DNA from: Prasinococcaceae sp. CCMP 1430
Lineage: Eukaryota > Plantae > Prasinodermophyta
Reading direction: 5' to 3'
Assembly: GCA_013416795.1 (NCBI GenBank)
Contig: RQSC01000383.1
Coordinates: 1 to 12,617, forward strand
Length of the DNA stretch: 12,617 nt
Under the pieces are notes generated by a model that saw nothing but the letters and a program-made list of their open reading frames with translations, searched no databases and had not been told where the DNA came from. Each line of letters starts with the position of its first letter. The first letter of the stretch is position 1. Below, piece after piece: positions 1 through 8,092 of the stretch. The position numbers were made by a program, and so were the translations under genes.

Positions 1-743
1 TATCCGCACTAAAATTACACAACCGGGTTTACCCAAATCCTGAGGGATTCCTGGGCGGGGCCTCCCTTAGTACCGTAGGAAGCAGAATAGTCGTTGGGTT
101 GCTGGTGCAACCGGGGGTTTTCATGGCTTGTTACACAGCACGGCTTTTTTTTTGGGAACACTTGTTAATGCAGCGCCGCAGCGCTCGTCCCAAAGGAACT
201 GTTGGACCTCGCAATGGGCTATTCTTCATGGCCCCCCCCCTCTGCACCTAAATCCCACAAAGGTTTCTTCCTACTTTTGTAACCAAAACCTTCGTATTTC
301 GCGATTCCTTCGTCACCCTACTTTGCTTCCTTTCCCACTGATGTGCGTGTGGGTGCACCCATTCTAGCCCAAAAAGTCCTAATGTGTTTAGTGCTTCCTT
401 CATGCGGGGACCCTCCCCCCCCCCCTTCCCCGCATCCGACAAAACCCCAACTCACGCCGCCACTTCTCCCACCCCTAACCCAAAAATCTCACGTCACATC
501 GCATTTCAATTCGCCGATTCGCGGGGATCCACGCGCAAAGTCTCGGACCCTCTTCGGCCTGCAGGCCCCCCTTTCCCCCCCTGCGCTTCAGCAGCGATTT
601 CGTTGCACTGTATGTATTCCTGTTCCGGGAGGTTGCATTCCCCCCCCCGGGACAGATGGGATTCCGACGTACGTGTGCGTGCCTGGGCGCAGATTGCGCG
701 CCAGGCGCGCGCCAGGCGCGCGCCCGCGGGGCGGGGCGGGGCG

Positions 744-1142
744 NNNNNNNNNNNNNNNNNNNNNNNNNNNNNNNNNNNNNNNNNNNNNNNNNNNNNNNNN
801 NNNNNNNNNNNNNNNNNNNNNNNNNNNNNNNNNNNNNNNNNNNNNNNNNNNNNNNNNNNNNNNNNNNNNNNNNNNNNNNNNNNNNNNNNNNNNNNNNNNN
901 NNNNNNNNNNNNNNNNNNNNNNNNNNNNNNNNNNNNNNNNNNNNNNNNNNNNNNNNNNNNNNNNNNNNNNNNNNNNNNNNNNNNNNNNNNNNNNNNNNNN
1001 NNNNNNNNNNNNNNNNNNNNNNNNNNNNNNNNNNNNNNNNNNNNNNNNNNNNNNNNNNNNNNNNNNNNNNNNNNNNNNNNNNNNNNNNNNNNNNNNNNNN
1101 NNNNNNNNNNNNNNNNNNNNNNNNNNNNNNNNNNNNNNNNNN
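744..1142. other. Assembly gap (399 N)
   Basis: Run of N. Both flanks are GC-rich, GCGC-laden sequence. Confidence 0.99.
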
Positions 1143-1374
1143 CCTCCCGCGAAAGCGCGCGGGCGCTATCGGATCGCACCCGCGCGCCGCGCGGCCAGGC
1201 CGCGGAGGGCGCGCGCGAAACGGGCGCGCGACGGCGAAAAGGAAAAAGCGCGCGCGCGCGATACCACGCGCGCAAATGACACCATGTGTACATGCACATA
1301 TGCACATGTACTGCATTGAATTTTGTGATGGTACAGGAACCCTGATTCAAAATATACAAAACAGTGGGTGCAGG

Positions 1375-1423
1375 TTAGGGTTCGGATGCTTGGCATGGCC
1401 CTGACCCTATAATGTACCCTAAT
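1375..1423. promoter_or_regulatory. Telo-box-like motifs upstream of the microprotein gene
   Basis: TTAGGGTT at 1375-1382 (reverse complement AACCCTAA) and ACCCTAAT at 1416-1423, in an AT-richer patch ~230-280 nt upstream of ATG 1656. The plant telo-box is AAACCCTA. Confidence 0.45.
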
Positions 1424-1617
1424 TCCTTCCGACAACCCAAACGCGAGACCGCGCGCGGGGGCGGTCCGCGCGGCGCCGCCACACGGCGGGCGCGGCGAGG
1501 GTGCGCGGGCGCTCAGAGGAGAGGAGAGGAGGGGGGAGGCGAAGAGACGGGCGTCCGGTGCGCAGGCCTGGTCACGCGGCCGGTGCCGCGGCTTGTGCCG
1601 GGCCACGCGGCGCCGGG

Positions 1618-1620
<3 letters not shown>

Positions 1621-1655
<35 letters not shown>
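1621..1655 (+). repeat. (CGT)4(CGG)7 triplet tract immediately before the ATG
   Basis: Read directly: CGT x4 at 1621-1632, CGG x7 at 1633-1653, then CG and ATG at 1656. Confidence 0.9.
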
Positions 1656-1656
<1 letters not shown>

Positions 1657-2079
1657 TGATCGCCAAGTTCTACTCCAACCACAACCAGCGGCTGGTGCTG
1701 CTGGGCACGCTCGTCGGCCTCGGGCTGAGCGCCGTGCCGTTCGCGTTCAAGGACGTGCGACGCGTCGAGCAGCGCGTGCAGCAGCGCGCGCTAGGTTCGT
1801 GCGCGGTGGCGGGGCGCGCGCGCAGCCGCTCGGCGCTTGGCGCCGCGGCGGAAGCGCCCGCTCGCGCGCGCGCGAGCGCGGACGCTGACGCCGACTGGCC
1901 GCGTGCCCTCCTCCTCACTCCATTCCGCGCCATCCAACCACCCGCCACCCACGTCCCATGTATGCCCCTCCTTCGCTGCGCCGCCTCTCCCACGCGCCGT
2001 CCTGCGCAACGCGCGCCCCGCAGAGGAGCAAGACCGCGAAGAGATGCGCAACTCGCGGCTGAGCACCAAGAGCCAATAG
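1656..2079 (+). CDS. Hypothetical 64-aa single-pass membrane microprotein (2 exons: 1656-1794, 2024-2079)
   Basis: GC3-rich codons. Donor G|GTTCGT at 1795 and acceptor CCCGCAG| at 2023 are phase-1 compatible, with GCTGAC in the intron. Product: MIAKFYSNHNQRLVLLGTLVGLGLSAVPFAFKDVRRVEQRVQQRALEEQDREEMRNSRLSTKSQ. It has one hydrophobic stretch followed by a charged helix. GTAATA lies ~90 nt after the stop. Confidence 0.7.
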
Positions 2080-2136
2080 CGCGCTGCAGCGCAGCCTGCG
2101 CCAGGCGCGTCGGCGCGCCAAGCGCCTGTGGCAGCC

Positions 2137-2156
2137 GGGTGGGTGGGTGGGTGGGT
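2137..2156 (+). repeat. (GGGT)5 tract with G-quadruplex potential
   Basis: Read directly and followed by GGAGGGGG. It lies in the putative 3' UTR between two convergent genes. Confidence 0.85.
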
Positions 2157-2171
2157 GGAGGGGGCGTCTGA

Positions 2172-2184
2172 GTAATAATTATTA
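2172..2184. terminator. Putative poly(A) signal region (GTAATA; perfect palindrome TAATAATTATTA at 2173-2184)
   Basis: The only AT island between convergent stops at 2079 (+) and 2269 (-). It resembles the green-algal UGUAA signal. Confidence 0.5.
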
Positions 2185-2268
2185 AGCGCGCCGTCGCGGG
2201 GCGCTGCGAGCGCGCCTGTGGGGCGCCGTCGCTCGCAGAGGCGCGCGCGGGGAGTCCGATCCGTTCGC

Positions 2269-3125
2269 TCACGCGGCGACGTCGACCTGCTCCCGCTGGT
2301 ACGCCTTGAAGTCCACGAGCAGCGAGCTCTGCGCCTGCTGCTTCATCGCGTCGAGAATTGATTGCAGGAACGCCTGGCCGGCGGCCTCGAACACCTCCAC
2401 AGGCGTCATGCGCAGCGGCTCGGGCATGTCGCACGTCACTTTTAGCGCCACCTCTCCGCACATGGACCTGTCGCCCGCGCGCCGCGCCGCGCCGGAGCGT
2501 ATGGTGCCGTCGATGTCCATCTCGAACGTGGACGGCATGAGCGCCGCGTCGAGCCCCCGCAGTTCCCACCCGACGCACGACATGCTCAGCGTGCCCTGGC
2601 CGACCTCGTCGACGCCGGGCTCCAGCCGCAGGTCGACCACTGGCTGCACCTTGATGAGCAGGAAGTCCCTGCGCGCGCGGACGCGGGCCGAGCGCCGGGG
2701 CGCATGGGGGTCAGCAGGTTGCGGCAAGGCGCGAGGCGCGCAGCGGGAGGCCGCGCACACCGCGGGCGCGCGGGCGGACGCGCGTCTGGTGAGAGGACAC
2801 GGAGAGACGGCCAGACAGAGGCGGAGACGGAGACCCTCTGCTCGCCCACTCCCGAGTGTGCTCGCGCGGCGCACCTCTCGAGCAGGAAGGTCCGGTACAC
2901 GCCGTCGTCGAGCTTCTGCAGCCTGCTCGAGTCGGGGAACAGCGCGCGCACGACGCGGTCCGTGTCATTGAGGTACGTCTCGAGCGATGCCCCCGCGGCG
3001 TCGGCGTAGTCGCCCATGACGTTGGTGGTGCTCGCGCGGAAGCTCACGCGCGGCGGTGGCCCGAACGGGTTGGGCGGCGGCGGCAGGCCGAAGAGCGTGC
3101 GCGCGGGCGCGCGCGCGCGCGGCAC
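2269..3125 (-). CDS. DUF1997-family protein, probably plastid-targeted; 5' end lost in the gap (exons >=3125-2875 and 2668-2269)
   Basis: Donor AG|GTGCGC at 2874 and acceptor GCGCAG|G at 2669 join as AGG (phase 2). This gives ...LETYLNDTDRVVRALFPDSSRLQKLDDGVYRTFLLERDFLLIKVQPVVDLRL...GEVALKVTCDMPEPLRMTPVEVFEAAGQAFLQSIL..., which matches my recollection of the DUF1997 pattern (R...FL.I.VQPVVDL; L.V.V..P..L...P...LE..G...L..IL). Confidence 0.82.
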
Positions 3126-3301
3126 NNNNNNNNNNNNNNNNNNNNNNNNNNNNNNNNNNNNNNNNNNNNNNNNNNNNNNNNNNNNNNNNNNNNNNNNNNN
3201 NNNNNNNNNNNNNNNNNNNNNNNNNNNNNNNNNNNNNNNNNNNNNNNNNNNNNNNNNNNNNNNNNNNNNNNNNNNNNNNNNNNNNNNNNNNNNNNNNNNN
3301 N
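3126..3301. other. Assembly gap (176 N) covering the DUF1997 5' end and probably the divergent promoter shared with LPA2
   Basis: Run of N, preceded by (GC)n and followed by poly-T and G/T runs that look like low-quality sequence. Confidence 0.97.
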
Positions 3302-3440
3302 NTTTTTTTTTTTTTTGGAGGGTGGAGGCGTGTGTGGGGGGGTTTGGGGGGTTTGGGCCTGCCGCCGCAGCAGGCGGGAAAGCGGCGCCGCGGCGCAGAT
3401 TTAGATTTCGTGCGCGCGGGCAAGCGCTGGGCGTGGAAGG

Positions 3441-4012
3441 ATGGCGAGCGCGTCGAGAGGGAGGAGGGCGGCGACGCGGGCGATCTGGCCGCCGCAGGAG
3501 GGCTGGAGGCAGGTGGGGGCGGCGACGGAGGCGCCAGCGACAGCGACAACGTCGTCGCGTTCGAGCGGAAGGGGAAGAGCTCGCGCAAGCGGCGCGAGGC
3601 CAAGGTCAACGATACGAGCGCCCGCGTCGGTCGCGGCGCCGTCAAGAAGGGTGCGTGAGCACGCGGTCAGACTTGCGCGAGATGCGCGCGCTCGTGCCCG
3701 TTCGCGGCGCCCGCTGACGCTGCACCCGCGTGTGCGTGCCGCGCGCGCGCATCCCGCCCCGCTGCGGTCGCGCGCGCAGAGGCGCCCCCCGCCGAGCCCT
3801 GGGAAGAAGTGTACGTGCAGGCGCTCTTCGCCTTCGGTACCCTCATCCTGGTCGACGGCACTGTCATCGCCACCTCGACCTTCCTGCCCAAGTTCGTGGA
3901 CGACCTCGCGCTGAATGTGCTCTACCCGAGCTTCAGCTACGTCCTGGTGGTCTTCTTCATCATGTCGGCCGCGTTCGGTGCGTACAAGTACGTCCAGGGC
4001 GCCTTCGAGTGA
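3441..4012 (+). CDS. LPA2: LOW PSII ACCUMULATION 2-like thylakoid protein (exon ends 3650; intron 3651-3779; last exon 3780-4012). The start coordinate is a placeholder.
   Basis: Donor G|GTGCGT and acceptor CGCAG|AG are phase 1, with GCTGAC at ~3713. The C-terminus EEVYVQALFAFGTLILVDGTVIATSTFLPKFVDDLALNVLYPSFSYVLVVFFIMSAAFGAYKYVQGAFE matches the two-TM LPA2 pattern (IL.EG..LA.SGFLPE..D....K.LYP.F.....LF......YG..KY.Q). A basic KGKSSRKRR region lies upstream. The N-terminus is unresolved (see findings). Confidence 0.8.
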
Positions 4013-4330
4013 AGTGCGATGAGAGGGCGTGGCGCTCGCGATGAAGAGGGGAGCCCAGTGGAGCGACAGTAATAACCTACAGGTGTGGAGAGCAAGGCAG
4101 CGGCGCGAGTTGGAGGCGCGCCGCCCAGCATGTGCGCGCGGGTGATTCCATCTGCTCACTTATGACGCGAGCGCGCCCAGCGCCCTTCGCCTCTGGGCGG
4201 AGACCAGCGCACTAGGGCACGAGGCCGTCTCCCGCCAAAGGAGCCCGCAGCCCGCTGCGCCCGGCCACGGAGGACCCCTCCGTGCATGCCGTCTGTGGCC
4301 ACGCGCACCGCGCATTTCCTTCCCTCCCCT

Positions 4331-5664
4331 CTACAGCACTTTCTTCTTCTTGAAGAAGGCCCTGAGTGAGAGCGTCTGCACCACGCCAGCGATCGCCACC
4401 ACCAGTATGCTCGCCGTCGACATCCACGCCACGCGCGAGTTGGTGAGCTCGGACTTGTCGCGCATGACCTGTTCGCGTTCCTTCATCGCCAGAAGGCTCT
4501 TGTGCACCTCAGATATCTCCACCTCCACCTTGCGCAGTTCGCGCTCGAAGCCGGCCAGGTCCTCCTTCTTGGCGACAGCGTGCCAGTGGCGCGCGTGTAT
4601 GCCAGTGCGGATGTCCAGCATCAGGCCAATGGGGCCAGCGCCCTCGTCGTCGTCCTCGAAAGCGTTGGTGAAGCAGAAGACGTAGTTGCCCGTGCTCTCA
4701 GCGATGAAGCTCAGCTCGCCCTCCTCGGCGTCGTCCTCGTCGTGCAGCACCGCGCCCGTGGGTGACACCACCTTCACGTGCACGGCGGGCTCGACTTCCT
4801 CGTCCTCGTCCTCGTCGTCCTCGTCGTCCTTTGTGGCGCGCAGGACGCGCGTCAGTGGCCACGCGCATTTGCACATTGATGCGCCCGCGTGCGTGCCAGT
4901 GCGCGCACGCTCGCGCGCTCGCGCGCGTGCATGCTCGCGGGCACGCGGGCACGTACGAGGTCCTCGTAGTCCTCGGTCGGGTCGATGTCGCCATTGTTCA
5001 CCCGCTTCCTTATGCTTCTACGGCCCGCCTTCTTGAGCGCCTCGCTCAGCACCTGCCAAAGCGCGCGCGTCGTGTGGCATCAGTATGCAAGTGTGGGTGA
5101 TACGTGTGCGTGCACGCCCACGCGGGCATGACAGGTGGACGTGTGCATGCGTGCGCGCGCCCCTGTGCGTGTGCGCACCTTGTTGGTGCGATGCGAGCGG
5201 CGCTTGGCGCCGGCGTTCTCACGCTCTTTCTCGGCGAGGAGGCGGGCCGCATGGCGTTCCGCCTTCGAGAGTCAGAGCCGGCGTACGCGCACATGCCGGC
5301 GGGCGCGGATCGTCAGCGCGCCTGATACTTCGAGTGCGAGCGCTCGGACGCGCGCGGAGGCGAGCGCGCGGTCGCGCGCGTGCGCGCGCGTGTGGCGCGC
5401 TCTGTGAACACGTGTGCCCGCCCGCGCGCGCGCGCGCGCGCATAGCTGGCCTCGGGAGCCGTTGCTGCTCGCACTCACATCCTCGACGACCTTGTACGAA
5501 GCGAGCACGAGCGTGCCGTCAACGAGATCCTCAGTGATGCACTTGGGCTCGCTGCCGTGCGGGATCTCGAGCTCGAACTCGGCGGCCGCGCCTGGCAGCG
5601 ACGCGGCCGCCACTGCGAGGCCGCACGCTGCCGCCACGCCGAGCGCCGAGGCCAGCCGCCCCAT
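4331..5664 (-). CDS. TMED10: p24 (emp24/gp25L/p24) cargo receptor, delta/TMED10-ERV25 type, 287 aa as modelled (exons 5664-5479, 5262-5179, 5052-4957, 4828-4331)
   Basis: Signal peptide MGRLASALGVAAACGLAVAAASLPGAAA. GOLD domain with KCITED...LVLASYKVV and VHVKVVSPTG...FIAESTGNYVFCF. Coiled coil LRKVEVEISEVHKSLLAMKEREQVMRD, then NSRVAWMS, a TM segment and an FFKKKKVL dilysine tail. All three introns are GT-AG, phase 0, with CTGAC/CTGAT branch-like motifs. Confidence 0.9.
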
Positions 5665-5822
5665 CGCGCGCGTTCCCCCGCGCCCGCCAGCCGCGCGAGC
5701 GTGCGCGTGCGCTGTGGCATCCCGACCCGCCCCCGCCCGCGCATGCGGCACACGCCACCACGCCGCAGCGGCGATCGGGGAACTCGTGCACGTGCAATAT
5801 GCGTCCCGTCATCATGCGCCAG

Positions 5823-5891
5823 GTTAGGGTTAGGTTTGGGTCACGACACCGCACGTGATTCGAGGTGCTTGAGGTGCATTAATTAGGGTTT
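5823..5891 (-). promoter_or_regulatory. Telo-box cluster upstream of the p24 gene
   Basis: GGTTAGGGTTAGGTTTGGG at ~5822-5840 and TTAGGGTTT at 5883-5891 (AAACCCTAA on the minus strand), 160-230 nt upstream of ATG 5664. Confidence 0.55.
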
Positions 5892-5894
5892 ACA
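5890..5894 (-). terminator. TGTAA poly(A) signal of IPK1
   Basis: TTACA on + reads TGTAA on -, ~115 nt downstream of the IPK1 stop. UGUAA is the established chlorophyte signal. Confidence 0.55.
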
Positions 5895-5918
5895 AAATAT
5901 GCAGGTACTAGTACACAG

Positions 5919-5951
5919 TGTACATGTACGTGTACATGTACATGTACATGT
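5919..5951. repeat. Self-complementary (TGTACA)5 array with one TGTACG variant
   Basis: TGTACA TGTACG TGTACA TGTACA TGTACA TGT read directly. Two more GTAC cores sit at 5905 and 5911. Confidence 0.9.
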
Positions 5952-6007
5952 GGGGGGGGGATGTCGAGGCATCGAGGCCTTGAGGCCTGCAGACGTCGCG
6001 AGGCGAG

Positions 6008-7872
6008 TCACCCAAGGGGGCCGAGGCCGAGCGCTGCCTCGAGCGCCGCCGCGCGCGGCAGGTTGCGCGCAGGCTTGGCGTCCAGGTCGACGAAGGCCAC
6101 GGCGTACGCCAGCAGGGCGCCGGACGCCTGGCGCAGCACACGCACGTGCCCGCCGGACTCGAGGGCGGCCGCGGTGCTTGGCGCGTGCTCGGCGCCTGCC
6201 TGGACGCGCGCCACCGACACCATGAGCCCGCAGTCGTTCGCCGAGTGCGCCACCAGAAAGTCGTGGAGCTCATTCGCAGCGGACGCGAGCGCGTGTGAAC
6301 CCGCGCGCGCGTCTGCTCCGTTTGCGCCCGCGTGTGCATCGATGGCCTGCGCGTGCGCGTGCGCGCGCGCCGCGGCGCCGCCGCCACATCCTGCCGATGT
6401 ACCACTTCTGCCGCCGCGTTGCAGATCGAGCAACGCGCAAAGGTGCGGCTCACGCATCAGAATGTCGCACAGCATCGAGGCCAGGGCGTGCGTGGGCTCG
6501 CACGCCGGCGCGGCAGCGCGGGTGCCTCCATCGATGCTCAGCCCGGAACGGCCGTCCGCCTCGGCGCTTGTGCCTGCGCTGAGAGGTGCGTCCGCACTCT
6601 TGTGTGTGTCTTCGCGCTCAGCCTCGATCGGCACAAGGTTGTGCGCGATGGCGTGCAGCACCGTCGCGGCTGTGGAGGACTCCGCACACGCTCGCTTGTC
6701 GCCGCCGTACACACGCCGCCCTCCCTCAAACACCGTCAGATTGTTTTGAGGCGTGCGCAGCAACGCGACGAGCGCGCGCTCCACGCGCGCGCGCGCGGCT
6801 GCAAGTGCAGGAGCAAGGTCCTCGTCGCCGCCGCCGCTACCACCGCCGCTCCCAGTGGTATTGCTCACCACATGGGCATGCGCGAAGAGGTCCAGCGGGT
6901 CGTACCCGGAGCGGGAGGTCACCTCACCTCGCCGGGCCTTGTATTCCTGATGCAGCGAGTATCGGCTCATGCCGCTGCAGTGCGCGTCGGTCACCGGCAG
7001 ACCGCACTTCGGTTTGATCTCGAAGCACAGAGCACGCGCGCATGCGTCTGCGTGAGCGGTCGCGTGCGCGCCATGATCTGCCTGCGCTGACGCCCGCGCG
7101 CTTTCCAAGCCTCTCCGCCATGCCGCCGCAAGCGCGAGAGCCGCCGACGAGGTGTGGTCGCGCTCGAGCAGCGCGTGCGGCTCGAGCTCCACACCTGCAG
7201 GGCCGCCCATGGGCGCGCTCGCCTTTGCGTGCGTTGCCGGCGCCAGGCCGTCCCTACGCGCCTGTGCGAGCGCGCGCCCGAGCGCGTGCCTGAGGTGTGT
7301 GGGCATCTCGAGCGGCGCAGCATCACAGGGGGTGGCGCTTTGCGGAACGCCACGAGCGGCGAGCCGCGGGCCAGCGACGAGTGCGGCGTACGCACGCGCG
7401 CGGTGCGCCCACGAGCGCGCGCAGGTAATGTCGCTGCCATATCGAGCCCACGCGGCGCGCTCCGACGGCGCCAGTGTGTCTGAGAGCGTGGGGCGCGCGT
7501 GTGCCAACGTGCGAGCGCAGGTGCGAATGCGAGAGAAAGAGGGAGAGCGCGAGTGCGCCGTCGCGTGCGTGTGCGAGAGAGCACGTGCGCGTCAGCAGAT
7601 GCATTGATGGCAACCTTTGCGAGGACACGCGCGCGCGCCAGCGAGCGAGCGGGCAGGGCAAACGCACCGCCTCCTGCGCTACCCCCGACTGCCTTGCGCG
7701 CACGCAGCACCATGCCGGCGAGCGCCGCGTCGGCGCCCGCGTAGGCGAACACCGCGTGCGCACCGCCCTCGTTGCGGTAGCGCCAGTCGGCCGCGGCGCT
7801 CGCGGCTGCCGCTGCCGCCGCATCCGCCGCGCTCCCCCCATCGCCGCCGCCGCCGCCCCCACTGTCGGGCAT
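6008..7872 (-). CDS. IPK1: Inositol-pentakisphosphate 2-kinase, ~558 aa (exons 7872-7668, 7479-6008)
   Basis: Motifs WRYRNEGGAHAVF, LCFEIKPKCG, RYSLHQEYK, YDPLDLF, PQNNLTVF, DFLVAHSANDCGLMVSV and VDLDAKP. Donor G|GTGCGT at 7667 and acceptor CTCTCAG|AC at 7480 are phase 1. An in-frame ATG at 7971 could add 33 aa. Confidence 0.92.
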
Positions 7873-8006
7873 CGGCGCCAGAGCCGGCGCCCGCGCACGC
7901 GCAGCGCGCGGTGTGCCACGCGCCACCTCCTCGCCCGCTGCCCGCCGTAATACAGACCCTCTTACCAACATCGCCCCCAAACCTCCGCTGGCCGCTCTGG
8001 AAATCG

Positions 8007-8043
8007 AAACCCTAAAGTAAACCCTCCAAGTATAGACCCTAAT
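8007..8043. promoter_or_regulatory. Telo-boxes in the short divergent IPK1/SET promoter
   Basis: AAACCCTAAA at 8007-8016, AAACCCTCC at ~8019 and ACCCTAAT at 8036-8043, between head-to-head genes ~220 nt apart. Confidence 0.6.
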
Positions 8044-8092
8044 ACGTACATTCCGCCCGAAACTTCGCGCACCCCTCCCCGTCGCTTAGGGC

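Noticed and set aside
527-680. Possible exon fragment (LRFSSDFVALYVFLFREVAF...) ending near GTACGT/GTGCGT donor-like sites
   Set aside because: The sequence is of doubtful quality, has no recognisable family and has no partner exon because of the gap.
550-3095. 13-bp inverted match CTCTTCGGCCTGC (550-562 versus 3083-3095)
   Set aside because: Short and GC-rich with no extension, no target-site duplication and ordinary genes between the copies. Chance is plausible.
5822-5840. Interstitial telomere or chromosome-fusion scar
   Set aside because: Only about two degenerate units. The promoter position fits a telo-box better.
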